Source: Planctomycetota bacterium
GTDB taxonomy: Bacteria > Planctomycetota > B15-G4 > JADJEK01
Assembly: GCA_016213895.1 (NCBI GenBank)
Contig: JACQZJ010000028.1
Coordinates: 1,653-65,652, forward strand
Reading direction: 5' to 3'
Length of the DNA stretch: 64,000 nt
The position numbers and the translations under genes are program-made. Numbering within the stretch: the first letter of the stretch is position 1; the number at the start of each line of letters is the position of its first letter. Under the pieces are notes generated by a model. It saw only the letters and a program-made list of their open reading frames with translations. It searched no databases and was not told the DNA's origin. Positions 28,042-37,321 of the stretch are shown here, one piece after another.

Positions 28042-29643
28042 TCACCGCGAAGCGCAGATCGCGAGGCGCGGATCGCCCCCTGGTCCGAGCACGCGGTGCG
28101 ATCCCGATCGCAGCCGCCGGCTGCCGAACCAGATCAGGGGCTCGGTCTCGCGGGCCAGCTCGTCCCAGGACTCCGCTTCCTCCACGGGCGCGAGGAAGTA
28201 GACCCCTCGTTGGTCGGAGCGCGCCGCCCGGAGCACGTCCTCTGGCCGGCCGACCAGCTTGAACGCGCGCACGTCGTAGTCCTGGAGCGGCCGGCAGTCC
28301 ATCTCCAGCTCCTCCGGCACGAAGACCGTGGAGCCGGGCGCGGCGTGCGCTCGGATCCAGTCGCTGGCGAGGTTGCGGGAGTCGGGAGACAGGTCATAGG
28401 CGCGCGCCAGCGCCGGCCAGGACAGGCCGAAGGCGCAGGCGCAGAGCAGGAGGATGGTGCAGCAGGCCGCCGCCCGGCGCGCGGGGGCGCGCGCCGGCCA
28501 ACGCCGCTCGAGCAGGCCGGCCGCGAAGCGCGCGACGAACACGAGTCCGACGGCGGCGAACAGGGCGCAGAAGGGGAACATGCTCACGACGTTGCGGATG
28601 AAGTGCACCTTCTGAGCGCTCATGTAGAGCCCGAGGACCAGCGGATAGGACAGGAGGATCGCCGCCCTTCGCCAGTCGACGAAGAAGGAGCGCGCGATGC
28701 CGATCAGCGCCAGGACGAGCACGACCGGGCCGAAGTTGGCCCGCAGGCTGTCCAGGTAGAACATGACCTGCGCCAGGCCCGACTCGGAAGTGAAGTCGGC
28801 GTGGCCGCGCGCGTAGTGGCGGATCTCCAGTCCGACGTCGTTCAGGAAGGCGGACAAGTCGAAGAGGCAGGGCGTGGTGGCGAGAAAGACCACGGCCGTC
28901 GTGCCGAGGAAGAGCGCGCCGCGCAGCATGAAGCGCCGCTCGCGCAGCACGAGGTTGAGGAGGAACGGCACGACGATCGGCCAGAGGTTGTACTTGCTGC
29001 CGATGGTCAGCGCGCACAGCACGCCGGGAACGAGGCAGCGCTCGGCGGGGCTTTCCGAGTCCGTGCGCCGGAACAGGTAGAGAACCGCGAGCAGGGCGAA
29101 GAAGCACCCGAACATGTCCACGTTCAGGTACTCCCAGGAGTAACCGAGGTACGTGAACGAGGCCGAGAGCAGGAGCGGCGCGAGCACGAGGACCAGCGCC
29201 GAGCCCGTCAGGCGCCAGCCGATGATCGCGGAAAAGACCATGGCCAGGACCGAGAGCAGCGCGAACAGCAGGCGCGCCGGCAGGACGATGCTCGAGTGCT
29301 CGTAGTACGGGAAGGTGAGGCAGCCGATCTGGTCGACGGTCTCCAGCTCCTGCCGCGACGAGGCGAAGAGGAAGCCCGCGACCAGACTCGCCGCCGTGAC
29401 GTAGATCGGCGGCGAGGGGTAGCGGTACCAGTGGGGCAGGTAGTCGCCGCTCGTGATGATCTGCTGCCCCAGGCCCGTGAGGTGGCGCTCGTCCTCGTGC
29501 AGGGGATAGGGGAGCGAGCCGCGGATCAGGTCGACGCGCACCCAGAACGCGGCAACGATGATCAAGAGGAGCGCCAGCACGGCGCAGCGCAACTCCACGC
29601 GGCGCGCGCCGCCTTCGGTCTCCATGCCCTCGGCCCGCAACAT
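28042..29643 (-). CDS. GT-C fold membrane glycosyltransferase (PMT_2 / ArnT-like), second copy
   Basis: Polytopic N-terminal region followed by a soluble C-terminal domain. It is divergent from, but architecturally like, the first copy. A DE-like motif lies near the first loop (HEDERH). Confidence 0.7.
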   Translation of the reverse strand: MLRAEGMETEGGARRVELRCAVLALLLIIVAAFWVRVDLIRGSLPYPLHEDERHLTGLGQQIITSGDYLPHWYRYPSPPIYVTAASLVAGFLFASSRQELETVDQIGCLTFPYYEHSSIVLPARLLFALLSVLAMVFSAIIGWRLTGSALVLVLAPLLLSASFTYLGYSWEYLNVDMFGCFFALLAVLYLFRRTDSESPAERCLVPGVLCALTIGSKYNLWPIVVPFLLNLVLRERRFMLRGALFLGTTAVVFLATTPCLFDLSAFLNDVGLEIRHYARGHADFTSESGLAQVMFYLDSLRANFGPVVLVLALIGIARSFFVDWRRAAILLSYPLVLGLYMSAQKVHFIRNVVSMFPFCALFAAVGLVFVARFAAGLLERRWPARAPARRAAACCTILLLCACAFGLSWPALARAYDLSPDSRNLASDWIRAHAAPGSTVFVPEELEMDCRPLQDYDVRAFKLVGRPEDVLRAARSDQRGVYFLAPVEEAESWDELARETEPLIWFGSRRLRSGSHRVLGPGGDPRLAICASR

Positions 29644-29755
29644 CTCGCTCCTCGCGGCCTGAAACCCGCGGCGTCCGCTTCGACCGGACTACTACACGGC
29701 CGGAACGTGCGCGAAGCAAGCACGAGGGGGGCGCCCGCTGCGGAGGGCGGCGGCG

Positions 29756-30937
29756 TCAGCCTCCCTTGTCGCGCCAGGGGGCATACCCTTCTATGACGAA
29801 GGGCGACAGGTCCTCGAACCCTCCGACCTCATCGTAGAAGGGCGTGACGATCGCTTCCTTGATCGCCTCGACCTCGGCGCGCGCTGGATCGTACGTGATG
29901 CGCACCGGCGCGTGGCCCGGACCCGGCCAGGTCTCGACCTTGAGGTAGCCTTCTACCTCGAAGATGTCCTCGCGGAACAGGAAGCTGGCCAGGCGGCTGG
30001 ACGAGCCGCGGCACGTCACGCCCTCGATGCGCAGGTCGAGCGTCTCGGTCACAGCCGGGGGCTTACCGCGCGCCACGAAGAAGGAGGGCAGCGGGAACAG
30101 GTAGGCGGCGCTCACCACGGACGCCGTGATCGCGAGCAGCACGGCGACCGCGGCCGCCTGCGGCCAGGCGCGGTGCGTGCGCCCCGGCGGGCCCCAGGTG
30201 AGCGTGCTCTTGCGGCGCGTGGGGCAGGAGGAGACGCAGGACAGGCAGCTGGTGCAGCGCGCGGCGGTCACCTCCTGCTTGCGCGAGACAGGGATGTTCA
30301 TCGGGCAGACGGTCTCGCAGTGGCCGCAGTCCGAGCAGGTCTCGAGATCGCGCCGCACGCGCGCCAGCCCGAAGCGCGACAGGGGATTGAAGAGCGCCGC
30401 CAGCGGGCACAGCCAGCGGCAGAAGGGGACGGTGAGGAAGAGCGCGCCGGCGACGATGGCGCCGGAGACGACGTAGGCCCAGAAGGTGATGTCCTCGCCG
30501 TGCCGGCTGAGCAGGGCGTAGCACGGGTCCGCGGTGCGGAACAGCAGCTCGCCGGCCTTCCACGTCACCCAGAGGATGAGCGCGAGCACGCCGTACTTCA
30601 AGAGCGCCAGGACCGATTCCAGGGCCTGCGGCACGCGCGCCGGCTTGATGCCGGCGCGCCGAGCCAGCTTGCCGAGCCACTCGGTGATCGTGCCGATCGG
30701 GCAGATGTAGCTGCAGAAGGCGCGCCGCAAGAGCAGGGCCATGAGCAGCACGCCGCCGAGCGCGAAGAAGTTGGAGACCGCCAGCGAGCAGGGCATGTTC
30801 CCTTCGTTGGCGTAGGTGTAGATCGCCTCCGCGCCGCCGAAGGGGCACCAGCGCTCGGCGTTGCCGCCCACGACGAACACGCCGATCAACGTCAGGGCCA
30901 GGAAGGCGGCCTGGATGGCTCGCCGCGTCCTCTGCAT
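29756..30937 (-). CDS. Membrane polyferredoxin (NapH / MauN / CcoG-like, two 4Fe-4S motifs) with a C-terminal HMA-like domain
   Basis: TM helices flank a CxxCxxCxxxCP motif (CSDCGHCETVCP) and a second cluster motif (CTSCLSCVSSCP). The C-terminal region (RIEGVTCRGSSSRLASF...) resembles a heavy-metal-associated fold with a single Cys. The start was re-assigned to the in-frame MQRTRR at 30937. Confidence 0.75.
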   Translation of the reverse strand: MQRTRRAIQAAFLALTLIGVFVVGGNAERWCPFGGAEAIYTYANEGNMPCSLAVSNFFALGGVLLMALLLRRAFCSYICPIGTITEWLGKLARRAGIKPARVPQALESVLALLKYGVLALILWVTWKAGELLFRTADPCYALLSRHGEDITFWAYVVSGAIVAGALFLTVPFCRWLCPLAALFNPLSRFGLARVRRDLETCSDCGHCETVCPMNIPVSRKQEVTAARCTSCLSCVSSCPTRRKSTLTWGPPGRTHRAWPQAAAVAVLLAITASVVSAAYLFPLPSFFVARGKPPAVTETLDLRIEGVTCRGSSSRLASFLFREDIFEVEGYLKVETWPGPGHAPVRITYDPARAEVEAIKEAIVTPFYDEVGGFEDLSPFVIEGYAPWRDKGG

Positions 30938-31031
30938 GGCACGCGCCTCGTTCGCTGCTGTAGGGGCCGGAAACAGGAAAGGGCGGTTCGACCCGCCCCT
31001 TCCCGCGCTGAAACGCCGCTGGCTGCTGCGC

Positions 31032-31931
31032 CTAGCCGTCGGCGTCCTTCTTGTCGTCGGCGCAGCCGTCGTCCTTTTCGCTCGAGCAGCCGCCCTTGCT
31101 GGGGCAGGAGCCGCAGTCCGCTCCGCTGCTGCAGGACGACTCCGCGACCTTGGACTCGGTGGCAAGGACCGTCTCGAAGTTGGCGTTCGCCGGCAGGGCC
31201 TTGAACTCCGGGAGGTTCACGACGAACTCCCGGAAAGCGGTGATGCCGCGCGGGGAAGTGGACTCGAAGGCCGAGGTCAGGCGGACCATGGCGTCGTCCA
31301 CCTTGCCGCACAGCACCTCGAGGCGGGCCACGTCGCACAGAAGGCGCGGGCTCGCGGGCTCGGGCAGGACGACCTGCTCGAGGATGGCGCCGGCCTCGTC
31401 GAGCTTCTTCTGCCGGCCGAGACCGATGCCCAGGAGGACCTTGGCCTGAGGCGTGAGGTCGGCCTGCGGCTGGCTGGCGAGCAGCTCCACCACCTCGGCG
31501 TCCTCTTCCATGTTCAGCAGGGCGTCCGCCAGGAGGGTCGCGCTGCCGACCGACTGCTTCTTCTCATGCATCTGGCGGGCGAGGGCCAGCAGGTCAGCGT
31601 AGAGGCGGTTGCTGTAGTAGAAGTTCTTGAGCGTCGCCGCCGTCTTGGTCCACTGCTCGGGATCCTGCTCCGCGGCGAGGCCCTCGCGCAGCGACACGAC
31701 CTTGCGCAGGACCATGTACTTCTGGCGGTACTCGGTCTTCTCCTCGTCGAGCTGGCTGGCAGCGGCGTAGGCGTCGAGCGCGCCGCTGAAATCCCCCCGG
31801 TGCAGGAGATCGGTCCCCTTGGCGAACTCGAGGGCGGCCTTGTCCGCGTCCGGTCCATCGTAAGCCGCCGCCCCGCCAGCGGCGAGCAGGCCGAACATCA
31901 CGCTGATCAACATCATCCGTGGGAGCTTCAT
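31032..31931 (-). CDS. Secreted TPR-like helical protein with a Cys-rich acidic C-terminal tail
   Basis: Signal peptide (MKLPRMMLISVMFGLLAAGGAAA). Helical repeats. Tail sequence SSCSSGADCGSCPSKGGCSSEKDDGCADDKKDADG. Confidence 0.65.
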   Translation of the reverse strand: MKLPRMMLISVMFGLLAAGGAAAYDGPDADKAALEFAKGTDLLHRGDFSGALDAYAAASQLDEEKTEYRQKYMVLRKVVSLREGLAAEQDPEQWTKTAATLKNFYYSNRLYADLLALARQMHEKKQSVGSATLLADALLNMEEDAEVVELLASQPQADLTPQAKVLLGIGLGRQKKLDEAGAILEQVVLPEPASPRLLCDVARLEVLCGKVDDAMVRLTSAFESTSPRGITAFREFVVNLPEFKALPANANFETVLATESKVAESSCSSGADCGSCPSKGGCSSEKDDGCADDKKDADG

Positions 31932-32480
31932 CGTCTCGATCCTGTTCCTGTCGTGTGCTTGCCTCGGTTCTGGCCGGGGCGTTCCGATAGCCAGATACAG
32001 TCTAGTAGAAACCGGCCAGGCGCCGCCAGGGAGCGCGAGAAAGCGCGCGGATTTCGCTCCGACGTTTCGTTTCTGCGGCCTGTTGCGCGGGCGCGAAAGC
32101 GCAGGTGGTCCGGGCGGTGCGTCGCGGCCGTTTTCCCCGGACTGGAGCGGGAGGGCGGTGAGCAGAGCGTCGCGGCCGTTTCCCCGGGGTCCGGGGCCGC
32201 ATGGCGACTTCCGGTGCATCGCGTGCGCGACGAACGAGCAGGGGCTCGTCACGGCAGAGGCGATGCCGGCGGTTCCGTGGCGTGAGAAACGGCAGGCGTG
32301 AATCGGTACGACGTCGCTGGCGGCCCCTGAACCGGGGAAAGGCCGCGCCGCTCCACGTGGATCCCGTGCTCGCGGTCGAGGCGGGCCTGCTCGAATCAAC
32401 GTACTTGATGTAGGCGATCGCGGGTGGGACCCGCGATCGCACGGAATGTGTGCACCGCGCTGGGACGCGCGGTGCGGCCG

Positions 32481-33812
32481 TCATCCGCCGAAGAGGCGCT
32501 GGCGCGGGATCTCGTCCTCGCCGACCTCGGCCACCTGCGCCCCGAGGTCCTTCTGCGCGCCCGAGCCGGAGAGCACGGCGAGCGCGACCTCGAACGTCTT
32601 CTTCACCGCGTCGTCGGCTTCGGCGTCGCGCGCGGCCTCGAGCGCCGCCACGAAGCGCGGTTCGCGCGAGATGGCTGCGGCGCAGGCCGCCGCCCTCCTG
32701 ACGCCGCCGGACGCGTCGCCGAGCGCCTGCGAGAGCAGGTCCTCGATCTCGTCGTCCATCTGCAGGGAGCCCGCGGCGATGAGCGCGTTCTTGCGCAGCA
32801 GGACCTCCTTGGGCCCGTCGTCGCGGGCTGCCTTGAGAACCGTCTTCCTGGCCTTGTCGTCCTCGGCGCCGAGCGCTCCCGCGGCCCGCAGCCACTCCTT
32901 GGCCACGGCCGCCTCCTTCTCCTTCTTGTAGGCCTCGAGGACCTCCTTCAGCGCCTTCGGGCTGCCGAGCTGCTCCAGGGCCACGGCCGCCTCGGCGCGG
33001 ATCTTCGGCTCGCCGTCCTTGGCGAGCGGCAGGATCACCTCGTAGTAGGAGGGCGGCGAGGCCTCGCCGACCGCGCGGATGCACTCCGCGAGCGTCTGGC
33101 TGCCGTCGCGCCGCATCCAGCGCGAGCCGAACTGGATTTTGGCGAAGGCGATGGCCTCGGGCTCGTCGGCGGTGATGAGGCGCAGGAAGAGGAGGTGCAC
33201 ATTGTCGCGCGAGGTGGTCTTGGCCTCCTCGAGCAGCTGGAGCGCCTGCTCGCGGTTCAGGCTGCCGGCATCGCCGGCGCCTGGGTCGATCACGCCCTTG
33301 AGGATGAGGCGCTTGGGCGCGCGGCCGCCCCTGGTCTTGAACTCGGGATCGACCGAGCCGATCGCCATGAGGAAGCACCAGGTCAGCTCGCTCTTGGTGA
33401 CGGCATAGGGCACCGAGAGGATCACGGCGCCGCTCGCGTCGAGGAAGACGTGCTGCGGCGCGATGACCCAGCCGTTCGCCGCTTCCTTCACCACGCGCTT
33501 GCGCACCTGCTTGTCGACCGCCTGGTGCACCGCGCAGGAAACGCCGCCGAAGCGTGGGCACTCGCGCTCGCCTCCGGCGTGCGTCTCCTTCGAGGCCAGG
33601 AGGTTCGCCGTCAGGCCGGCCAGCTTGACGATGTCCTTGTCCTTGTAGACCGTGTTCGCGAGCGTGTCGTTGGCGCGCTCGCCGTCCATGTTGACGGCGA
33701 CGAAGACGACCTTGTTCTCGGCGCGGGCCTTCTCCAGGGCGGCGTCGAGCGACTCCTGCCACGCGATGCCGGCGAGCGCGGCCAGGAGGAAGGGGATGAG
33801 CAAGGCGGGCAT
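32481..33812 (-). CDS. Secreted thioredoxin-fold (redox-inactive, no CxxC) plus HEAT-repeat protein
   Basis: Signal peptide MPALLIPFLLAALAG. A Thioredoxin_7-like N-terminus (WQESLDAALEKARAENKVVFVAVNMDG) has the CxxC position replaced. The C-terminus carries HEAT-like repeats. Confidence 0.65.
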   Translation of the reverse strand: MPALLIPFLLAALAGIAWQESLDAALEKARAENKVVFVAVNMDGERANDTLANTVYKDKDIVKLAGLTANLLASKETHAGGERECPRFGGVSCAVHQAVDKQVRKRVVKEAANGWVIAPQHVFLDASGAVILSVPYAVTKSELTWCFLMAIGSVDPEFKTRGGRAPKRLILKGVIDPGAGDAGSLNREQALQLLEEAKTTSRDNVHLLFLRLITADEPEAIAFAKIQFGSRWMRRDGSQTLAECIRAVGEASPPSYYEVILPLAKDGEPKIRAEAAVALEQLGSPKALKEVLEAYKKEKEAAVAKEWLRAAGALGAEDDKARKTVLKAARDDGPKEVLLRKNALIAAGSLQMDDEIEDLLSQALGDASGGVRRAAACAAAISREPRFVAALEAARDAEADDAVKKTFEVALAVLSGSGAQKDLGAQVAEVGEDEIPRQRLFGG

Positions 33813-34007
33813 GGTTCTCGCTTTCTGGGCACGGGAGCGGCCGGCGGATTGTAGCGCGGGCGCCCGCGCGCGGCCCCTTGCTTGCGGCGCCCCTGGATCG
33901 CCCGTATCCTGGCGCGTGTCACGTCCACGTGGACCTGAAGGGCGCGGCCCAGGCGCGGGCCGCGCCCCCGCGTTTCCGCTCCGGGTTCCTTTCACAGGAG
34001 GAGAGAC

Positions 34008-34433
34008 ATGCTTCGACACATCCTGCTGACTGGCGCGCTGTGCCTGTCCCTGCCCTTCGCTGTTTCCGCCGACTGCAACCTGGCCCTGAACGTCACGCCG
34101 GACACGGTGGTGACCGCGGGCAGCACGGTCACGATCGACGTGACCGGGGCCGCGCCCACGGACTACGTCTTCCTGGTCTTCGGCAACACGCTCGGCTCGA
34201 CGACGGTCGACATCGGCGGCTTCGTCTCGGTCACCCTGGGGCTCGCCCAACCGTTCAACCTGGCTTTCCTCGGCACGGGCGACGCCGCGCTCGCCTTCAC
34301 TCTGCCGCAGGTGCCGCCGCAACTGGCCGGCTTGACGTTTCACATGCAGACCTTCTCGCTCGCGCTGTCCATGGGCGGCGGCATGCCCACCGTGACCGCC
34401 TGCGTGAGCAACATGGATTTGCTCTCGTTCTGA
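34008..34433 (+). CDS. Small secreted protein, unknown function
   Basis: Excellent RBS (AGGAGGAGAGAC) before the ATG. Signal peptide MLRHILLTGALCLSLPFAVSA. Confidence 0.6.
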   Translation: MLRHILLTGALCLSLPFAVSADCNLALNVTPDTVVTAGSTVTIDVTGAAPTDYVFLVFGNTLGSTTVDIGGFVSVTLGLAQPFNLAFLGTGDAALAFTLPQVPPQLAGLTFHMQTFSLALSMGGGMPTVTACVSNMDLLSF

Positions 34434-34458
34434 GACCGAAAGCGACGTTTCACTGCAA

Positions 34459-34502
34459 CGGAGGCCATCGGATCGCGCATCCGGTGGTCTCCGCGCTTTT
34501 CC
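34459..34502 (+). terminator. Putative intrinsic terminator (imperfect GC hairpin followed by a T4 run)
   Basis: The arms GGAGGCCATCGGATCGCG and CGCATCCGGTGGTCTCC can pair with three mismatches. The run GCGCTTTTCC follows. It lies 26 bp after the stop of the small secreted protein gene. Confidence 0.35.
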
Positions 34503-34537
34503 CGGCGCGCCGCGCGCCGTGCGCTCGCTGAGGAAAC

Positions 34538-35461
34538 ATGGAGATCCTCGACACCGTCTTGCCCGTCTTCGTGGTCATGGGCGCTGGCTATCTGCTGCGC
34601 GTGACCGGGCAGATCGAGGCAGCGGTCAACGCCGCCTTCGCCCGGCTCGTCTTCTACGTCGCGGCCCCGGCGCTGCTGTTCCGCGGCGCCGCGCTCGCGC
34701 CACTCTCCGAGAGCGTGGACCTGAAGACCCTGGCCGTGCTTGGCGGCGCCACGCTCGCCGTGGCCTTCGCCGTGTACGCCGCGGCCGCGCGCGCCGCGCC
34801 CGCTCGGCGCGGCGTGCTGGCCCAGGGCGCGCACCGCAGCAACATGGTCTTCGTCGGCTTGCCGGTCGCGGCCTACGCCTGCGGCGAGGAGGTGCTCGGC
34901 GCGGCCGCGGTGTTCATCGGCTTCATGGTCATCGTGTGCAATCTCCTGTCGGTCCTGGTGCTGGTCCTGCCGCACAACCGCCAGGCGCTGAAGGGCGGCG
35001 CGGCGCGCCGCACGCTGCTCGAGATCCTGGGAAACCCGCTGATCCTCTCCTGCGCCGCGGGGCTGCTCTTCTCCGCGTGGGACATCCGCCTGCCGGTGAG
35101 CGTCGATCGCTCGCTCGAGCTGATCGGCGCCATCGCGCTGCCGCTCGCGCTGCTCTCTTCGGGCGCAAGCATCGACCTCGGCAAGCTCTGCGCCGACGGC
35201 AGGACGGCCGCCTGGGTCTCCCTCATCAAGCTCGTGGTCCATCCCGGGCTGGTCTACCTCGGTCTCAGGTGGGCCGGCCTCGAAGGAGCCGGCCTGGCCT
35301 GCCCGGTGCTGGTGATGGCCGCGCCGACCGCGGTGGTGTCGGCCGTGATGGCCCGCGAGATGAAGGGCGACGAGCCGCTCGCCGCCGCGATCGTGATCGG
35401 CTCGACGCTCGGCTCGCTCTTCACCCTGTCCGGGTGGATCTGGCTCTTGGGCGCGGGGTAG
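34538..35461 (+). CDS. AEC (auxin efflux carrier / malate permease-like) family transporter
   Basis: Start MEILDTVLPVFVVMGAGYLLR. About 10 TM helices and a conserved C-terminal half typical of the AEC family. Confidence 0.85.
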   Translation: MEILDTVLPVFVVMGAGYLLRVTGQIEAAVNAAFARLVFYVAAPALLFRGAALAPLSESVDLKTLAVLGGATLAVAFAVYAAAARAAPARRGVLAQGAHRSNMVFVGLPVAAYACGEEVLGAAAVFIGFMVIVCNLLSVLVLVLPHNRQALKGGAARRTLLEILGNPLILSCAAGLLFSAWDIRLPVSVDRSLELIGAIALPLALLSSGASIDLGKLCADGRTAAWVSLIKLVVHPGLVYLGLRWAGLEGAGLACPVLVMAAPTAVVSAVMAREMKGDEPLAAAIVIGSTLGSLFTLSGWIWLLGAG

Positions 35462-35900
35462 TTGCTGTTGCGTAGCGCGCCCGGTGGCACGGATCCGTCG
35501 TTCTCGTCGCACATACGGAGGCACGCGATCGGCGGCGGGATCCGGCAGCCTCTCGGTCCGAAGGCCATCAACAAGTGAAGCCCACGGTGGACGAACACCG
35601 TGGGCTTCTCGCATTCCCGCGCTGCCGTCGTGCTTCACCGGCCTTCGGCAGCGCCAGCAACCGTGGATGCATCCTACATCAAGCCGAGGCCGGCCGCACG
35701 TCCGCGAGCGATCGCTCGCTGCCGGCCGTTCGTGGTCGCGAGCCACGATCCGGGGCCATCCGGCCGCCTCGAACCGGATCTTCCCGACCGCTGCCCCCAG
35801 GGGATCGAAGAGGCGGACGGACGCGCCTGCTCGGTCAGGATTTCGTTCTTCCGCGGGCGCAAGGCCGGACCGGGGTATCAGGCCTCAACTCGCGTGGCCG

Positions 35901-36241
35901 ATGATCGGCAACGGCATCTACCGCTTGACCCAGGCATTCCCGGCGGACGGGCGCTTCGGCGTGACGTCGCAACTGCGCAGGGCGGCGACCTCGGTGCCGA
36001 CCAACATCGCGGAGGGATCGCGGCGGCAACGGCCGGCGGACTTCGCCCGGTTCTTGAACATCGCGGAAGGTTCCCTGGCCGAGGTTGAATACCTGCTGCT
36101 GCTGAGTCGCGACCTGGGCTACGTGGCGGGAAAACAGTGGAAGCCCAGCTTGGCGAGACGGGCGAGATCTTCGCGATGCTGCATGCGCTGCGCAGGAAGG
36201 TGGAGGACGGTAGCGGGCCGTCCGGAACTTCCGACTACTGA
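35901..36241 (+). pseudogene. Four-helix-bundle protein (TIGR02436; the '23S rRNA intervening-sequence protein' family), N-terminally truncated and frameshifted
   Basis: The core block YRLTQAFPADGRFGVTSQLRRAATSVPTNIAEGSRRQRPADFARFLNIAEGSLAEVEYLLLLSRDLGYV is in one frame. The C-terminus ETGEIFAMLHALRRKVEDG is in the -1 frame. The shift sits at an A4 run (GGGAAAACAG). Confidence 0.6.
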
Positions 36242-36325
36242 CTTCGAACTTCCGACTCGCGGCGGCGCCGGCCCGCTACAATCGAACAAGACGAGAGGAT
36301 CTCACACGAACTGCGGCGGCCGGCT

Positions 36326-37093
36326 TTGGTTGCGGCGCCGCCGCGATGTGATGGTCGTCAGCGGGTCGTGAGGATGGTCATGGTATGCGCGGATGCCCTG
36401 AGGGGGAAACCGCGAGAACGTCAGCCACGTGGTTGGCTGTTTCGTGCCGGGGCAGTGGCCTTCGGCGCGGTGGTGGTGGTCTTCGCGTGGAGGGTTGTTT
36501 ATGAGCTGGAGGAGCTTCGGTCTGCAGCGGAGGCGTTGTGTACCGAGAGTGCGCGCGCGCACTCGGAGGTCAGGGAGGGACTGAGCCGGGTGGAGCGAGC
36601 GGTCGATAGTCTGATGGGGGCGGAGGTTGTTCTGCCGAATAGGGTATTGGGCAAGGATGATGATGATCCTGCTGCTCGCGGGGACAGCGTGGCGTGGTCG
36701 AAGGATCACGACGAGATTGGCGGGTCGTCGTCGGCTGGCGCTGAGCGAGCCGCTGTGGACCCTGCAGAGGACGTCGAGAGGTCTTGTGCGTGGACTGACT
36801 TCGTGCCGCGAGAGCTGGCCAGTGTGCTGGTGGCGCATGGGCTCACGCCCTTCGACTCGGGCGTGGACCGCGCCTTGTCGGAGGCTGCTCGGCAGTGGCG
36901 AGACGTGGTGCAGGCCGAGGAGGAGGCGCGCGCAGCGTGGAACCAGCGCTACGGCAATGTCGGTGCAAGTGATCCTCTCTGGTCCGAGAGACAAGAAGCG
37001 CAGATGAACATGGAGTTAGTTGGGCGGCGGGAGAGGAAGAGAATCTTGGATGCGTTTGATCTGAGTGTAGGGCAGGTTGCAGCGCGGGAGTGA
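36326..37093 (+). CDS. Hypothetical membrane-anchored coiled-coil protein with atypical codon usage
   Basis: G-first RNY periodicity, but third positions are G/T-rich, unlike the C-rich third positions elsewhere. Anchor sequence AVAFGAVVVVFAWRVVY. The start may be at 36374. Confidence 0.45.
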   Translation: MVAAPPRCDGRQRVVRMVMVCADALRGKPRERQPRGWLFRAGAVAFGAVVVVFAWRVVYELEELRSAAEALCTESARAHSEVREGLSRVERAVDSLMGAEVVLPNRVLGKDDDDPAARGDSVAWSKDHDEIGGSSSAGAERAAVDPAEDVERSCAWTDFVPRELASVLVAHGLTPFDSGVDRALSEAARQWRDVVQAEEEARAAWNQRYGNVGASDPLWSERQEAQMNMELVGRRERKRILDAFDLSVGQVAARE

Positions 37094-37250
37094 AGGAGCG
37101 CGCGCAGCTTGGTGTGGATCTTCCCGCGCACCGTGCCGTGTGCCCTGTCCAGTTCGAGCGCGATCTTCCGGCTCCCTTTCCCTGCTCGAGGCGAGCGATC
37201 AGCGCCTCTCGGTACGGCCCCGGCAGGTCCCCGAGGGCTGCGGCGAGCGC
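37085..37250 (-). pseudogene. ECF sigma factor fragment (region 4 only), frameshifted
   Basis: Minus-strand translation gives LPGPYREALIARLEQGK, then after a 1-nt shift SRKIALELDRAHGTVRGKIHTKLRAL. This matches sigma-70 region 4_2. No region 2 is present. Confidence 0.5.
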
Positions 37251-37265
37251 TTCCCGGGTCTCCTG

Positions 37266-37280
37266 GGGGTGGGGGGGGGG
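37266..37280. repeat. Homopolymeric tract (G5-T-G10)
   Basis: The sequence GGGGGTGGGGGGGGGG is read directly. It sits in the 40-bp gap between the BNR gene stop and the sigma fragment. Confidence 0.9.
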
Positions 37281-37321
37281 TCGAAGGTACGGAAGGGTAG
37301 ACGCTTCCTTCCGCGGCGGCG

